Shown: positions 40,360 to 53,334 of the stretch, in pieces | Layout of the letters: every line of letters starts with the position of its first letter | Position numbering within the stretch: position 1 is the first letter of the stretch | Origin: Lama glama | Taxonomy: Eukaryota | Length of the DNA stretch: 64,000 nt | Direction: 5' to 3' | Assembly: GCA_028534125.1 (NCBI GenBank) | Contig: CM052817.1 | Location: 54,996,001-55,060,000 of the forward strand | Position numbers and translations under genes: made by a program | The notes under the pieces: generated by a model | Databases searched by the model: none | What the model was told of the DNA's origin: nothing | What the model saw: the letters and a program-made list of their open reading frames with translations, nothing else

Positions 40360-43000
40360 CTACCCCACACCTGCCTTCCTCACATCTCTGGAGGTCACTG
40401 GAGTTAATAATTTGGTCAGCTTTTTTCAGACATTTGTTGTAAATTTACTGACAAATATGTACACATTCAATCGTTTTTCTTGAGTGTAGTGTAGGTTAGA
40501 ATTCTGCTGCTATTTTTCCAAAACCATTTATCAAATGAAAAGAATTGAAAGGTTGCACTGATGGCTTATATCTTTGTGTTGTCCTGAAATTTAATTAGAA
40601 TATTTCTATCATTTTACCAATGAAGTTTAATATTTATATTGTATACTGAGGCTATATCTGACATTCTTATAATGACTTCTGTTCTTTTCTTAGCTTGCCA
40701 AGCTTTACAATGAATGATTGTGTTTATCAAAACTATATATATTTTTTCTGTTGGTCTAATATAGCGAATAGATTTCCCAGTGTAGACCTAATTTTACAAT
40801 CCCAAATTTCTCATAAAGATATAACATTCTTTTAAAATAGCAATGAATTTAATTTGAAAATATTTCACATAGACTGTTTACATGTATATTCAAAATAAAT
40901 TTCACCTATTGTTTTATTCTTCTAGTTTTCTGCTATTTTCAAATCCAAGTTTGAAAATGTTATTTTTCTGTAGCAGTTATGTTTTAAATTCTATTCAGTT
41001 TATCACTTATAAATATTAAACAAAAACTCTATTTTACTTTCATAATTAAATGATTCTTTAATCACTTACAAAAGTGTAAGGTCAAAAAGTGCTTTCATTA
41101 TAAAGTATAATGCCAGTAAAATTCTCCTTCTATGTAAGAAATCTGCTTATTTATGCTAGAAGGTTTAGTATTTTCTCCATACCCCTAATTAAAAAAATAT
41201 TTCAAAGGAAATGTCTGAATAGAAATAATTTTTATTAATTGTACTTATTGTTGGGCTCTTTAAATCCAAATGATAAGATTTTTCTTCAGCTGTGGGAAAT
41301 TATCTTTACCATTTCACTGATTCTATATCTTTGTTAGTGTTTTTACTTCTCTCTATTTAGAGATCCAAAGAGATGGATTATTAAAATTGCTGGCTTTACC
41401 AATGACATCTTTAAACTTCTCATTTTGTTTGTAAACTTACAAACTTTCCATTCATTTATAATTTTGTAATATATTCTCAGAAACTATCAACTAATCTTCC
41501 AACTCAAAAATTCGATCATCTATTCTGTTTATTTCATTGCTAAGTCGAGAGTTTTAAAGTTTTTGCATAGTATGCAGTATTGTTTTATAGACACTTTCTT
41601 ATTCCTTATAAGGCACTGATTAGATAACAACAAAAAATACTTCTATTTCTCCATTAACTTTTTGGATTGTGTTTTTAAGGAAAGCTTAAAATAGACTTTT
41701 TTTTAAAAACCTAGTGTATACTTGACCACACAACCAAAGAAACTGAAGGGGTTGTCAAAGATTTGTTCATAAAAATACCATGGTAATATAGTTTTACAGT
41801 TATAGGCTATATTTAAAACTAAAAATTGAATCACATAATTCTGTAGTATTCAAACTAATGTAGAGAAAAAGAAAGCTTAGTAAATTATGAAGCAAGCAAT
41901 ACTCATTATTAACAACTTATAAGCATGAAATACAGACTCTTATCCATGTATAAAGATGCCAAAGTTTTAGTAAACCAGTAGCAGATCAAATACAGCTATG
42001 AACTGGAAAAATAATACACCACGGCCAAGTCTCTCTCTTCATCCCAGAAATGTAGGAATTTTCAAAATTAGGATATAAATTACCATGCATTTTTACATGA
42101 CTACCTCAATGGAGAAAACTAATATATCAACACATTTACAAAAATAACTTACATTTCAATAATATGTAAGAATTTCTGAATAAAAAAATTATGAAAGGAA
42201 CTTGTCCTATAATAAGGAAAACCCACCATGATCAGTAGCAAACATTAAACTAAGGAGCAAACTTAACTGGGCTCAAATGTGGCTCCCCCATTTCCTAGCT
42301 TTCGTGTTCTGGGTAAATTATTTAACATTCTGTGCTTCAGTTCCCTCATAGTATTCTTGAGAGAATTGAAAGAAAGAATACAGGTGAAGTGAATACAGGT
42401 GAATACAGCTTGCAATAGCTTGGCATATAGTAGCATTATTAAGTTTCAAGAGTTGCTATTGTAACTAAAGAGAACATGTCAGTTGATGTCTGCTAAAAAC
42501 ACTCTCAAAATCACTCTGAAGATTTCAGCTAATGTAATGGGATGAAGAAAAGAAAAGTGGATACTGAAAAAAGAAACAATTATTACAAGTATTAAAAGAT
42601 ATCTGTGTAGTGGTTAGTTTTATGGTAAGTATGTAGGGAAAAGCGACTTCCTATGTCTGAATTAATCAGTTTAAAAATGTGATAAGCAAATCTCTTTCAT
42701 TGGAGATAGAATTACTTTTTGTTTCTAGATACAAACAGAAGAAATGTGCAAGATCAGTGCAACAAAACCCAGAAAAAATACTGATATTATATATAAGTAC
42801 AAAAATCAGAAATAGACTGTACATGAGATGATTTAATAAATTGAAGAGGTAACTTCTGCCAAAATTAGTAAGTACATTTAGTGCAACTAATCAGATTCTC
42901 AGTTTTGGGGGCTAAAACACATTGCCTATAAATTTCACCTGTTAGAATAACTACAAAACATTTTAAATAAGAACAAAGGGGAGAAATCCGTTTTAACCAG
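40360..43000. mobile_element. Cluster of very old L1 fragments (antisense about 40.4-41.6 kb, sense about 41.85-43.0 kb) with a MIR at about 42260-42460
   Basis: Degenerate ORF2 text (aataatacaccacggccaagt...atcccagaaatgtagg) and MIR core (ctgtgcttcagttccctcat); boundaries approximate. Confidence 0.55.
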
Positions 43001-43188
43001 AACAGAAGGAACTTATGTAAGATCAATAGTAGTAGATAAGACAATCCTGCTTTGAATCAGAGAATATTACAAAGATTTTTGAATCCTAAAAAAGAGCTCT
43101 AATATTCGACTGTATTGAATAAATGTCAATGTTTGAACATAGAACTGACATGTTTGAGATTAAGCAGATTAAAAAATTAAACATTTAC

Positions 43189-43263
43189 CTTCAAAATATG
43201 GAGTCAATCCCGCAGGCAAAGGATCCCAAAAGTTAGGCTTGCAACACACTACGCCGCAATAAC
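43189..43263 (-). pseudogene. Pseudo-exon overlapping the putative internal promoter; possible first exon of a surviving transcript
   Basis: Donor AAG|gtaaat at 43189/43188. Open read YCGVVCCKPNFWDPLPAGLTPYFE; the phase-1 end fits the 40142 exon. Confidence 0.5.
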
Positions 43264-43472
43264 CTGGGTTATGTAGTCACAGAGTTATCGCGAGACTTCT
43301 TGAGCAGGACTTTCTCACAGTGGGACGTGGCAATCTGCCTTTCTAACCAGCCCTCCTGGTGATTTCAATGAGCAGAGTTTCGAACACTAATCTTAGCCTT
43401 CAAAGGTCATCATTCATGAGAATCACCTGAAGAACGCGATCGTAGAACGTGTAGCTTTCCAAGTTCCTCCGT
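43211..43472. promoter_or_regulatory. Orphan CpG-retaining mini-promoter with ZNF143/THAP11-type and BANP-type motifs
   Basis: 12 CpGs in about 260 bp in a CpG-depleted window; GACTACATAACCCAG (minus strand, 43264-43278); TATCGCGAGA (43286-43295). Confidence 0.65.
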
Positions 43473-43500
43473 AAGAGATTCTGTCTCAAGAGATCTAAGA
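43330..43500. mobile_element. MER5-type remnants (two halves)
   Basis: gcaatctgcctttctaaccagccctcctggtgatt and gagaatcacctgaaga...agagattctg. Confidence 0.55.
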
Positions 43501-45408
43501 AGGAAAACAGTACTCAAAATTTTAAAATAAGCAATTTAAATTGGAGTAGTAAACTCTAAGAGAAATATAACTTAACTAATAGTCATTTTAATTTTTAATT
43601 TTATCTCCAAGCTAAATATATTTTCTATGTGCAGACAGAACTAACTCAGGGGAAGATTAAAGGTGGGTTTAGAAGGCACCCATAATGTGTGATTATTAGA
43701 AACAGGTGGTTTTATACAGTATGGCTTTAAGGGTTTGGATAGAATTTATAGCATTTGGTAACTAACTATGTCATTAGTAGAAGGAGGAGTCAAACATGGC
43801 AATTGATGATGAAGTTAGAACAGGCAGGTTTGAGGAGGTGAACGTATATTTGTGTTATATTTATAAACTTTATCAGTTAATAGAAATGAATAGGACTAAA
43901 ATGTCCCAGGAAATGTAAGGCCGTCTTTAAAAGAATAGAAATAACATTTGAAATACTTAAAAGGAAAGAAGATTGATGAAGAGACAAGCTTAGAATAGTT
44001 TTTGAAAATGTAAACCTCTCAAAAAGAAGCAAATGCGACAAATTTATAAAATGAATGAGAATGCAAAGTATTTGAAAATTAATTAAATCTATATCGCCTT
44101 AACTCCCCAGAGAAAAGCTAAATGTAGCTGGCCTCTGCCCTGAAATTTTTCCCACATATGCACAAAGAATATGCCTATTCTATCAATTCCCAACTTGTAA
44201 CACAAATCTACGTAACCTTTACTCACCACTCATTGATTCTAAGTGTTATTTTTCCCCATTAACTATATTTGCAATCCAAATATAGTGTGCAAACACTTGA
44301 ATAACCTGTCTTTATCCCCAAATAAGTATTAAGTTACAAATTACATATGTCCAGTATCAATCAATTTTAATTTTAGCCTTTGAAATATCTTTTGATAACC
44401 ACCAAATTTACTTTTAACCACTTTTCATCTGTGTTGAAAAAAGATTCTTAGTGTGTTAGAAATTGTTCTTTGAAATATATGTTCCAAGAGAACACTTTGA
44501 GAATCTCATTTTATAAATTGAATAATATTTTAAGTGAATAGAATGCTTAAAAATTCTCTAGTGAATTAAGCTGTAGGTGAAAGAGTTTTATAAGGTGCTT
44601 CTATTCATCTTTTTTATGTTCTATTTTTCATAACTGGAATTTTCTTATATTAATTCACCAAATCATAAAGTCAGATCTCTTAATCTAATCTCCTATACAG
44701 TGAAAAAACTCCCCCGAACTGAGCAAGTCACACAATTAAGAAACATAAATATCTATTTTGTATATCATTATGTAAGTATATTTCATATACAATAATTGAC
44801 TATTTTTTCATTTTACCAACTTGTTTTGCTTAATTTTAAATAAATATACTTAGAAATTACCTATCACTTTATGATGTAGTGCATCTTTAATTTTTATGCT
44901 ACAGATTTCATTAAAACCCCTGGTATATTCCATGAGTATCTACTTTGAAGCATAGAAAGACTGTTAAGAAATTAAAAGTTCCAAATCAATTTTTTTCCCA
45001 CTAGATTGTTCTTTTTTTCCTTTCAATCAATATTGAATCTCTTGAAGGTTCAGCTCTTGTTTCTGTATTTCTCATTGGGAATACTAGTGGTAGGTTTGGT
45101 AAAGCAATTTTGAGCTTGTCCCAAAGTGAGGCATCCTGTTGAATGTTGTGAGCCACTGGAAATCAATTAATCTTATCTTAGACTCACCCATTTTCATTAA
45201 AAAAAAAACAGAAACAAAAATAAAAACAAAAAACAGTTATCTTCAAAACTTGTTCTATTCTAGCCGGGAGATCAATGAGAACTAGACCTGCTGGTTTTTA
45301 GGGGCTGCTCATCTCATAGTATTAGTGTTGAATTTAGACTCTGCAAGAGTGTGTAGGCACATTCTCCATACAAAACTCCAACCATGTGAAATGAACAATC
45401 TGAGCCAC

Positions 45409-45655
45409 CCTCTATTCTAGTTTATGATTTTTAATCTGATTTCTTTCTGAAAATGGATCATAGCTCAATTGGCCATTTCTTCTGAAGATGAACTCTACTA
45501 AATTTTTGTCACTTTGTGTTTTATGTATCTACAAAGTTGCCCACCAGATAAATTTCTTTAATGTCAAACATGTCAAGTAGTAAGATCAAGTCAACCAGAT
45601 TTCAGACAATTTTGTGTTGGGTTACTGCTCATTCCTCAGGAAAAAGATGACACCC
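45409..45655 (-). pseudogene. Pseudo-exon, RGS-like helices 3-5 (frameshifted)
   Basis: Acceptor aatgtttgtag. Phase-2 start GVIFFLRNEQ*PNTKLSEIWL, then shifted DLILLLDMFDIKE and QLCRYIKHK. 3' boundary uncertain. Confidence 0.4.
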
Positions 45656-46324
45656 CTACAAACATTAATAGCTCATGAACTCCCTATCACCCGAATTAAA
45701 CTATAATTCTATTTATGCCATGTCCTGGCTTCAAAATGCCAGCAAGTTTTAAAACTGTTGGCATAATTCAAAATCTTGATTAATGACTTCTTAGAATAAA
45801 ATTCTTCTCTGCAGGAAATACTAATTAATTTTATTTCATCTTATTAATAAGCATTATTATTCATCTTTTGTAGTTGAACTAATTGCTTAACTAGCAATTT
45901 CCTTTTAAAATACGTTTTTTTCATTTATAGTTTTTAAGGTTGAAGTCACATATAATTTATTACAATTCTCACCTTTTCCATTGAGAAAGTCCTTCAGTAA
46001 CTCCAACTCCCTGAGTAAAACTGGAAAGTGATGTTCATTTATTTTCTACTATAATTCACCTACAATAGCAAGAAATCTTTAGATACAATTAGCAACTGCA
46101 TTTCTTAGTGTTTAAATGGTTTGCCTCACTAGATATTAAATAATGAAAATTAGAAATAAAGCATTTTCATCCCAAGCTATAACCTTTTCCTTATAGTGGG
46201 ACATTTAATAAAACTGGTCTCATGTTATTTTTTAAAAATTTCCAGACATGATAAAATATAAGTTTACAAAATGTAGAACTCATGTTGACAAAGGGTATAG
46301 CAATAGTTTGTAATCAATCCTATT

Positions 46325-46976
46325 CTAAAAATAGAGTTACCATATGATCTAGCAATCTCATCTTCTGGGTGTATATCCAGAGGAAACTCTAATTCAAAAA
46401 GATATATGAACCCCAATTTTCAGAGCAGCACTATTTACAATAGCCAAGACATGGAAGCAACCTAAATGTCCATCAAAAGATGACTGGATAAAGAAGTTGT
46501 GGTATATTTACACAATGGAATACTACTCAGCCATAAAAAGAATAAAATAATGTCATTTGCAGCAATATGGATGGACCTGGAGATCATCATTCTAAGTGCA
46601 GTAAGCCAGAAAGAGAAAGAAAAATACCATATATCACTCATATGTGGAATCTAAAGAAAAAAAGGACACTATGAACTCATCTACAAAACAGAAACTGACT
46701 TGCAGATATAGTAAACAATCCTATTGTTACTGGAAAAGGGGGTTAAAGGGATAAATCTGGGAGCTTGAGATTTACAAATGTTAGCCAAAAAATAAAAAAT
46801 AGATTAAAAAAGTTTCTTCTGTATAGCACAGGGAACTATGTTCAATATCTTGTAATAACCTTTAATGAAAAAGAATATGAATACAAATATATGTATATAT
46901 ATGCATGACTGGGACATCATGCTGTGCACCAGAAATTGACACATTGTGGCTGACTCTACTTAAATTAAAAAAAAAA
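46325..46976 (+). mobile_element. 5'-truncated young L1 (end of ORF2, 3'UTR, polyA), camelid-like
   Basis: atagccaagacatggaagcaacctaaatgtccatc; the 3'UTR reads gactgggacatcatgctgtgcaccagaaattgacacattg plus an A tail; imperfect TSD aatcctatt/aatctatt. Confidence 0.95.
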
Positions 46977-47236
46977 TCTATTGACCCATGTTTTAGTGAT
47001 ATGCCTCATTAATCTTCAGTTCTTATTGAATCCATGTAAAAATGTTCTGTGATCTTACTACTGAGTATAAATTGACTGAAAATATGCAAACACTCCTCTG
47101 CTGGTTTCCTCATCTAATATGGTTTCTTACACTTTTTTTTTATATTTTTGTTATTCTCAGTTCAACTTTAAGTTACTCAATGAGTTTCATGTAATAATTA
47201 CTGGACATGTATTTTCTTCAGTGAAATAATACTTAC

Positions 47237-47290
47237 AAAATTGGATTTATAAATGTTCTACACCCACTTGTTATAGACTTCATTGTATTT
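47237..47290 (-). pseudogene. Pseudo-exon
   Basis: Acceptor tatgatgtag, donor TTT|gtaagt. 54 nt, phase 2->2. Open read NTMKSITSGCRTFINPI joins the 45655 exon in frame. Confidence 0.4.
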
Positions 47291-47879
47291 CTACATCATA
47301 TAATTAAATAAATTACACAAAATTCAAATAACTTTGAACAAACTTTGCTGTGCCCGCTAAAAATTTCCTTTATTAAAAATGAAATTGTTACAATGAATTT
47401 TAGATGAGTCAGGGAATGAAAAATTGATCACTTGAGTATAACCTCTTGTTCATCTCTTACATCTCTATGTAGTTCTTATAATGTGCTGCTTTGATTTTGG
47501 AGGGTTTTATAACTTAAGGTGGTAAAAATAGAAATTCAGTTTTTCCTACCTGTTCTTCACAATATGGGATAAACAAAATAAGATAAATCAATTTTCTAGA
47601 TATCCAAATCATCACACCTATAAGTTTGTTGAGGCTTAGTTGTTTGATATCTGTTTGCCTTTGGGCATTTATTTGAATGTCAGTTTCAGATAATAGAAAT
47701 AATCCTGTTCCTCTGGGTGTGGTTCACTTTTATCATTAGTCCACTCACAGGCCCTATCATGTCTAATTTATCAAAATATCTGATACTGAACACTTCTCTT
47801 AACCTTAAGTGCTAAATAAATATCACTGTTTCAAACTATTATCGTTTTGACATGAGTTAATGTGTTACAGGTTCTCCTT

Positions 47880-48200
47880 TAGAGCTCTGCACTGGTCCTG
47901 CTCTCTGACTAGAATGATCTCCCGTATTCGCTCATGGATAAACTCTCCAATTTCTTTAAGACTTTGCTCAAAAATCCAGCTGTCAATAGCTAACATGTTA
48001 CTCTGTAACCTACCCCTGCCAAAACTCTTGAAACTTTTTATTTTGCTCTGTTTTTCAGTACCATGACACTTTAAACTTTCTATAACTTACTCATTATTTT
48101 TTCTGTTTACTATCGGTTGCCTTTCTGCCAACGTTGTCTTTTTTTCTGTTACATTAAAGTGCCTAGAATAATATTTGGCCTTCAAATGACTGCATGAAGA
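47880..48200 (+). mobile_element. L2 3' end fragment
   Basis: tgctctctgactagaatgatctccc...ttctttaagactttgctcaaaaatccagc...agtgcctagaataatatttggc. Confidence 0.7.
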
Positions 48201-48221
48201 AAGTTTTTACCTTATATTAAA

Positions 48222-48355
48222 CATGTATCTTACCAAGACTTTGGGGGACTATTAATACTTTTTTGTCTACAGATATATGAGCATGGCCCTGTCAATGTAG
48301 TGGACCAATGTGATCAGGCTCCATGTTCTTCTTCTGAAATCTTTCTACGATATCT
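48222..48355 (-). mobile_element. ERVL-class pol (reverse transcriptase) fragment
   Basis: Minus strand reads ITLVHYIDRAML, then 13 codons, then VLVRYM. This matches the ERVL RT core ITLVHYIDDIML...LVRHM with the same spacing (from memory). Confidence 0.65.
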
Positions 48356-49429
48356 CATTCTATGGTGAATAAGATTTTCATACGCTTCAACTTCATATGT
48401 ATCGTTTGCACCTCTTTGTCTTGAATAGTGCCTGGCTTTCCTCCAGTTACACCATTTTGCCTGCAGCTTTTTCGGATGGAAACTTCTGCTCCCATAACCC
48501 ACAAAATGTCCCATTATAATTATCCATCATCCTCATCAGAGTCTGACATAGGCTCATAGCTGAGATCAAACACTTCTTATTCCACATTGTCTTCCAGACC
48601 ATTACTTTTGAGACAACAAGAAAATCCTAGCTCCTCTAAGGTGCATGGCTTTCTTAAAGTCATATGTTATACAGAAAACTGTAGGTAGCAAGCATTATGA
48701 TCAGAATTGTACATACAATACAGTTAATGAAATCCACATATGCCACAATCCATTCTTTCTCTCCATTTACATTTTCTAAACTCCCAGTTATTTACCATCA
48801 TTTTTAAAGTTGTAATTTCTTCTATAAATTGGTGTTATTCTGCGTGGCCTTCAAAACCACAGACAAATAGTTCAATACCCAAATCCTAACCTTCCTTGGC
48901 TATTTCTCTTCATTCATCTTTTTCTCTGCTTTCACTCTAGACACCACTCCCCTTGTCACCCCTAAGACTTTCTCATCATATACAACTATTCTATGCCTAG
49001 TATCCTTTCTCCAATTGTTCACTAAAAGATTACTTTTCCCTGATCTTTAAATATTCTCCATTAATTCAGCCTTCTACATTTCTTCTGGAATCTCCTCTAG
49101 ATATTTGGTCCCATATCCCTCTTCTTTTTACTTAACAATGACATTTATCCCATAATATGTAACTATTTCATTATATTTTCTTTTGCTTCACAAGGCAAGT
49201 CACCATCTTGTATCTCCTTATCTGTTAGCCCTCTCTTGCTTTTATATTCTACTCATCTAGCATGGATTCTGCAATCCTATACTTTAACCTGTAGTCAGTT
49301 TTTCTCACTTACCCATTATCATTTCATTGCATCACACCCCAATTCTGCAAAATGTTATATGTTTTCATGTCCCTTTCCTATCAATAGGCATTTGAGAGCT
49401 GCTGAAGAATATATTGATAATGATAGATA

Positions 49430-49680
49430 ACATTAATAGAATGCTTACCCTCACCATTTGCTACTGGAAGTGCTAATATACATGAATTTTGTAATCTTCA
49501 AAATCACTTAAAGTGAGCACTAACATTAAGCCATTTTTTTAAAAAGGACTAACTGGAGATAAAAAGAACTTAAGTAATTTGACCAAGATCATGTGGCCAT
49601 TAAGCAATGCAACCAGGCTTGAAATGCAGGCAGCTTGGTTCCATTGTCTGCCCTCTTAACTACAATACCCTATCATTACC
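49430..49680 (-). mobile_element. MIR SINE
   Basis: aacttaagtaatttgaccaagatcatgtggccattaag...ggcttgaaatgcaggcag...ctcttaactacaata. Confidence 0.8.
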
Positions 49681-50967
49681 CACTAAAAAATATTTTTAAA
49701 ATTAAAAATCACATAGGTATAGGTATGCCTATAGGCAATTGTAATTTTAAAATCTCTAATTTCAAATGAATCTTTCATACTGCCTGGCAGTTGATCTATT
49801 TTTAACCATTTTGTTTAAAAAAATGGACCTTGATACAGAGAAATCAAAAGTTGACATTTTGATTCCCCATTAATATTATTTTAAACCTACTTCTCTCTAG
49901 GATGAAATTTTTAGATGATATAAAGCCCTCTGTTAACTGTAGTTACAAATCACAGTTTAAAATTCAGTAAATAATAATTCCATATCATATAGTGATAAAA
50001 CTTCTGATAGTCATTTTAAATTTCTCCCTCCCTCGTTTCTGGCTTATTTCTAGATCAAGCCTGCAGTTAGAAATGAGAGAAATTTGGGCTCTTCTCTATT
50101 TCACTTGCTTTCCTCATTCTCTTTGCTTATAGATTTCTAGCTGTGATTTGTAGTAGCTTCAGCTTAGAAAAAGAGATAGAGAGACAAGGTATAATGGTAT
50201 AAAGATCTCAGTTGCCTTTTATATCATGACATGGCATTACTCCTCTATTAATTTGGAGGATTTAAAAAGGCTGAGTATTTTAATATGATTGGTTGGCTCA
50301 TCAGAGATAAACTCTCCCTGGATATTTCTCACTTGTCTCATCTTAATATGGGTAAGCTACCTCTTGCTCACCACTTTGATTTACCTTCAGTCTCTGGTTT
50401 ATGGTGGTCTACCCACATACTATGTGGAGAGCCCATTGCTCATTCAGAAAGTCCTCCAAGGCAGAGTACTTTCAAGATGGCCCCAGAATGGGTTTATTAC
50501 TCCCACTTGGCTCATATCTAATACACAGGAAATACCTATGCTTCCTTTACCCCAACAAGTTTTGGGAATGCAAACCAAGTCTAATGAAGGCTCTTCTTTT
50601 TCCACCAACAGAGCAGCAAGGCAGGCTGCCACTTCTCATAAGTGATGAATGAATCAAACAATAGCTCCCCCATCACTCACTCTAGGAGACACATTAAGCT
50701 CTCCAGGAAGTTTAAAGCTTTTCTCTAAGATTCTTTAACTTTCATTCTTTTACACATTAAGATAAGGTACATACTAAATACTGTAACATTGTTTAAACAA
50801 TCGCCCTTGCAATGCCTGAAGAAGTTTTCTAACATCTTCAAAAAGAAAAGTGGAATAAGTTGACCTCTATTATTTTGGCCTTCAGCTAAAGTAGAGTCAG
50901 AGTATTTCCCATTTTGTTATGTTTTTCATACATTTATTACTTAGCATCTTGAAAACGTCATGAACTA

Positions 50968-51610
50968 TTTTTAAGACAAGTTTATTGAGGCATATCTTAC
51001 ATGTTATAAAATACTCAAAATAATATAAATGTACCCATTCACCAACTGATGAACATTTTGTTAGATTCCAAGTTTTTGTTATTATGAATCAGCCTATTAT
51101 GAACATTCCTATGCAACTCTTTGAGTGGGTTTATGTTTTCACTGCTCTTGCTTACATACCTATGAGTGAAATGGCTGGGCTGCATGGTAGTAGTTTTATG
51201 TTTAACTTTTTGAGATCCTACCAAACTGTCTTCAAATGTAGGTGCACCATTTTCCTTTTCTTCTAGAAATATATGAAGGTCCCTGTTTCTCCACATTCTT
51301 GTCAACACTTGCTATTATCTTTTTTTTTTTATTATAGCCATCCTGGAATGTGTGAAGTGTAAAGTGGTCTCTCCTTGTGGTTTTGATTTGCCCTTGCCTA
51401 ATGACCAAGATTGCTGAATATTTGTATATGCTAATTAGATTTCTGTATATCTTCTTTTGTGAAATGTCTGTTGACATGCTTGTCAATTTTTACTGGGTTG
51501 CCATCTTGTTCTTCAGTTGTAGCAGTTTTATGTATCTTCTGCCTACAGGTCTCTTGCCAGAGATGTGCTTTCCCCAGTTGGTTGCTTGTGCTTGTCTTCA
51601 TTTAAACTTT
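50968..51610 (-). mobile_element. L1 (L1MB-type) 3' fragment, antisense
   Basis: Antisense ORF2 C-terminus (attatagccatcctggaatgtgtgaagtg...gtggttttgatttgc; tttaactttttgagatcctaccaaactg). Confidence 0.9.
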
Positions 51611-51649
51611 AGCTAAGATACTCAAATCTTTAACCCTACCACCCATCTT

Positions 51650-52660
51650 ATTTTCCCATCATGCTAAAAAAAATTAGTTTTCTTTTTCCAGAGAATCTAC
51701 ATGCCATCAAACTAATAATACTTATTTTAACGCCAATGCACTGACACACATAGTTTCATCTTTACCTATGATTTCCAAGTTTCTCTATTATAAAGTACTG
51801 ATTCTTCTCTTAAGTTTAGGTTTCAATTTATGCTTTAGATCTTATACCTTCGTACTCTCTCTGGTACATAAATCTATTAATCACCTCTTGTGTCTTATTT
51901 CTCACAGTTTTCTGACCCAACTCTCTTCTTCCCATTAGAATTCAAATATGCTCAGCTCTGTTCAATGTTTAATTTTTAGAACTAAACTAAACTAAACCAA
52001 ATTCCCTTAGTTCCACATCTTCCCAAAACCAACTCTGTCTCTATTTTCTTTCATAATAAAACCTCTTTCATGAATTTTTTCACACTTATGTCTCCAGTTA
52101 CTCATCTTTCATTTTCTTGTCAATCTAATGGGGCTAGTTCTACCATAACACTGAAATATCTCTCAACAAACTCATTAATAAACTCTTTTTATTAATCAAA
52201 ACAATGCATAATTTTGTTTTCATTTTACTTGACCTTTACCAGTGTGTGATAATATTGAATTCTCACTTCCCTTAGCTTCCACATTACATGCTCCTAATTT
52301 TCCTCTTCCCTGTCTATACTTCTACTTCTTCATGTGAACTTCTTTACAAGCTCACCCCATAAAATTGGTTTTTATGTTTATAATATTGTCACATTTCTTA
52401 TCAGCTTACAAACTATTCACTTAGATGATTTTTATTATATATTCTGAAGTCTCTAAAGTCTGTATTTTTAATAGAAATCTCTCGACCAAGCTCTGACAAA
52501 TTTATAATCAAACTACCCATATCTATTTGGATGTCATTTAATCACCACAGATTTATCATTTCTCCTAAACAAAACTCACCACTACACTCAGCCTTCTTTC
52601 TCTGCCTACCCTATAACAATAAGTATAATATCACCATCCAAAATTTGCCTTCAGTAGAAA
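51650..52660 (+). mobile_element. L2 ORF2 fragment
   Basis: Pyrimidine-rich L2 text (cattttacttgacctttaccagtgtgtgataatattga). Confidence 0.65.
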
Positions 52661-53334
52661 CTTGGTCATTGGAGACTTCTAGAAGCTTAATTATACCAAC
52701 AAAATGAGTAAAACTATGAAAAGTGGAAGAATGCACTGAGGAAGAATGCACTTTGCTAATAGCATATGAAAATAAAATTTATTTAAATTCACTAGCAATT
52801 AAATGCTAAGTAAAATAATAAAATGCTACTTATTGTCTATTTATTGGCAAAATTTAAAAAGAATTATATATTTATACAGTCACTGCCTGATAAATAGGAT
52901 CTTCATATGATATTGGTAGAAGTATAAATGATAATCCTTTCTAGAGGACAATTTTGCAAAGTGGTTTTGATTCATACCATCTATACTTGTACATGAAATT
53001 ATAACTATTGGTGTTAATAAAATATTTATAGTTACCTTACTCATAAAATACTAAATTTGACTATACAGGTAGTAGGCAAATGTGTAGTTTGTATTTACTA
53101 AAGATAGCTTAAAATGTTCATGTTTAATGTGTAAGTATATTAAAAATCCATCATAATTACCTTTCTGGTGATGTTGGATATTTAAGTTATAATATTATGC
53201 AATGTGAAGATACTATACTACAATTTAAGAAAAATGTAATAACTCTACCATGAACCAGATGGTATACTGACATGAAACAATTAAAAGTATTGAATAAAGT
53301 GACTTCACAAAGATATGGTCATGGTAAAGGAAAA

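Noticed and set aside
48314..48514. 66-aa ORF as a small gene
   Set aside because: Adjoins the ERVL RT remnant; no promoter, splice or homology support.
50285..50652. Four overlapping ORFs (up to 118 aa)
   Set aside because: No splice-bounded structure or recognisable protein; likely a decayed LTR-like, moderately GC-rich patch.
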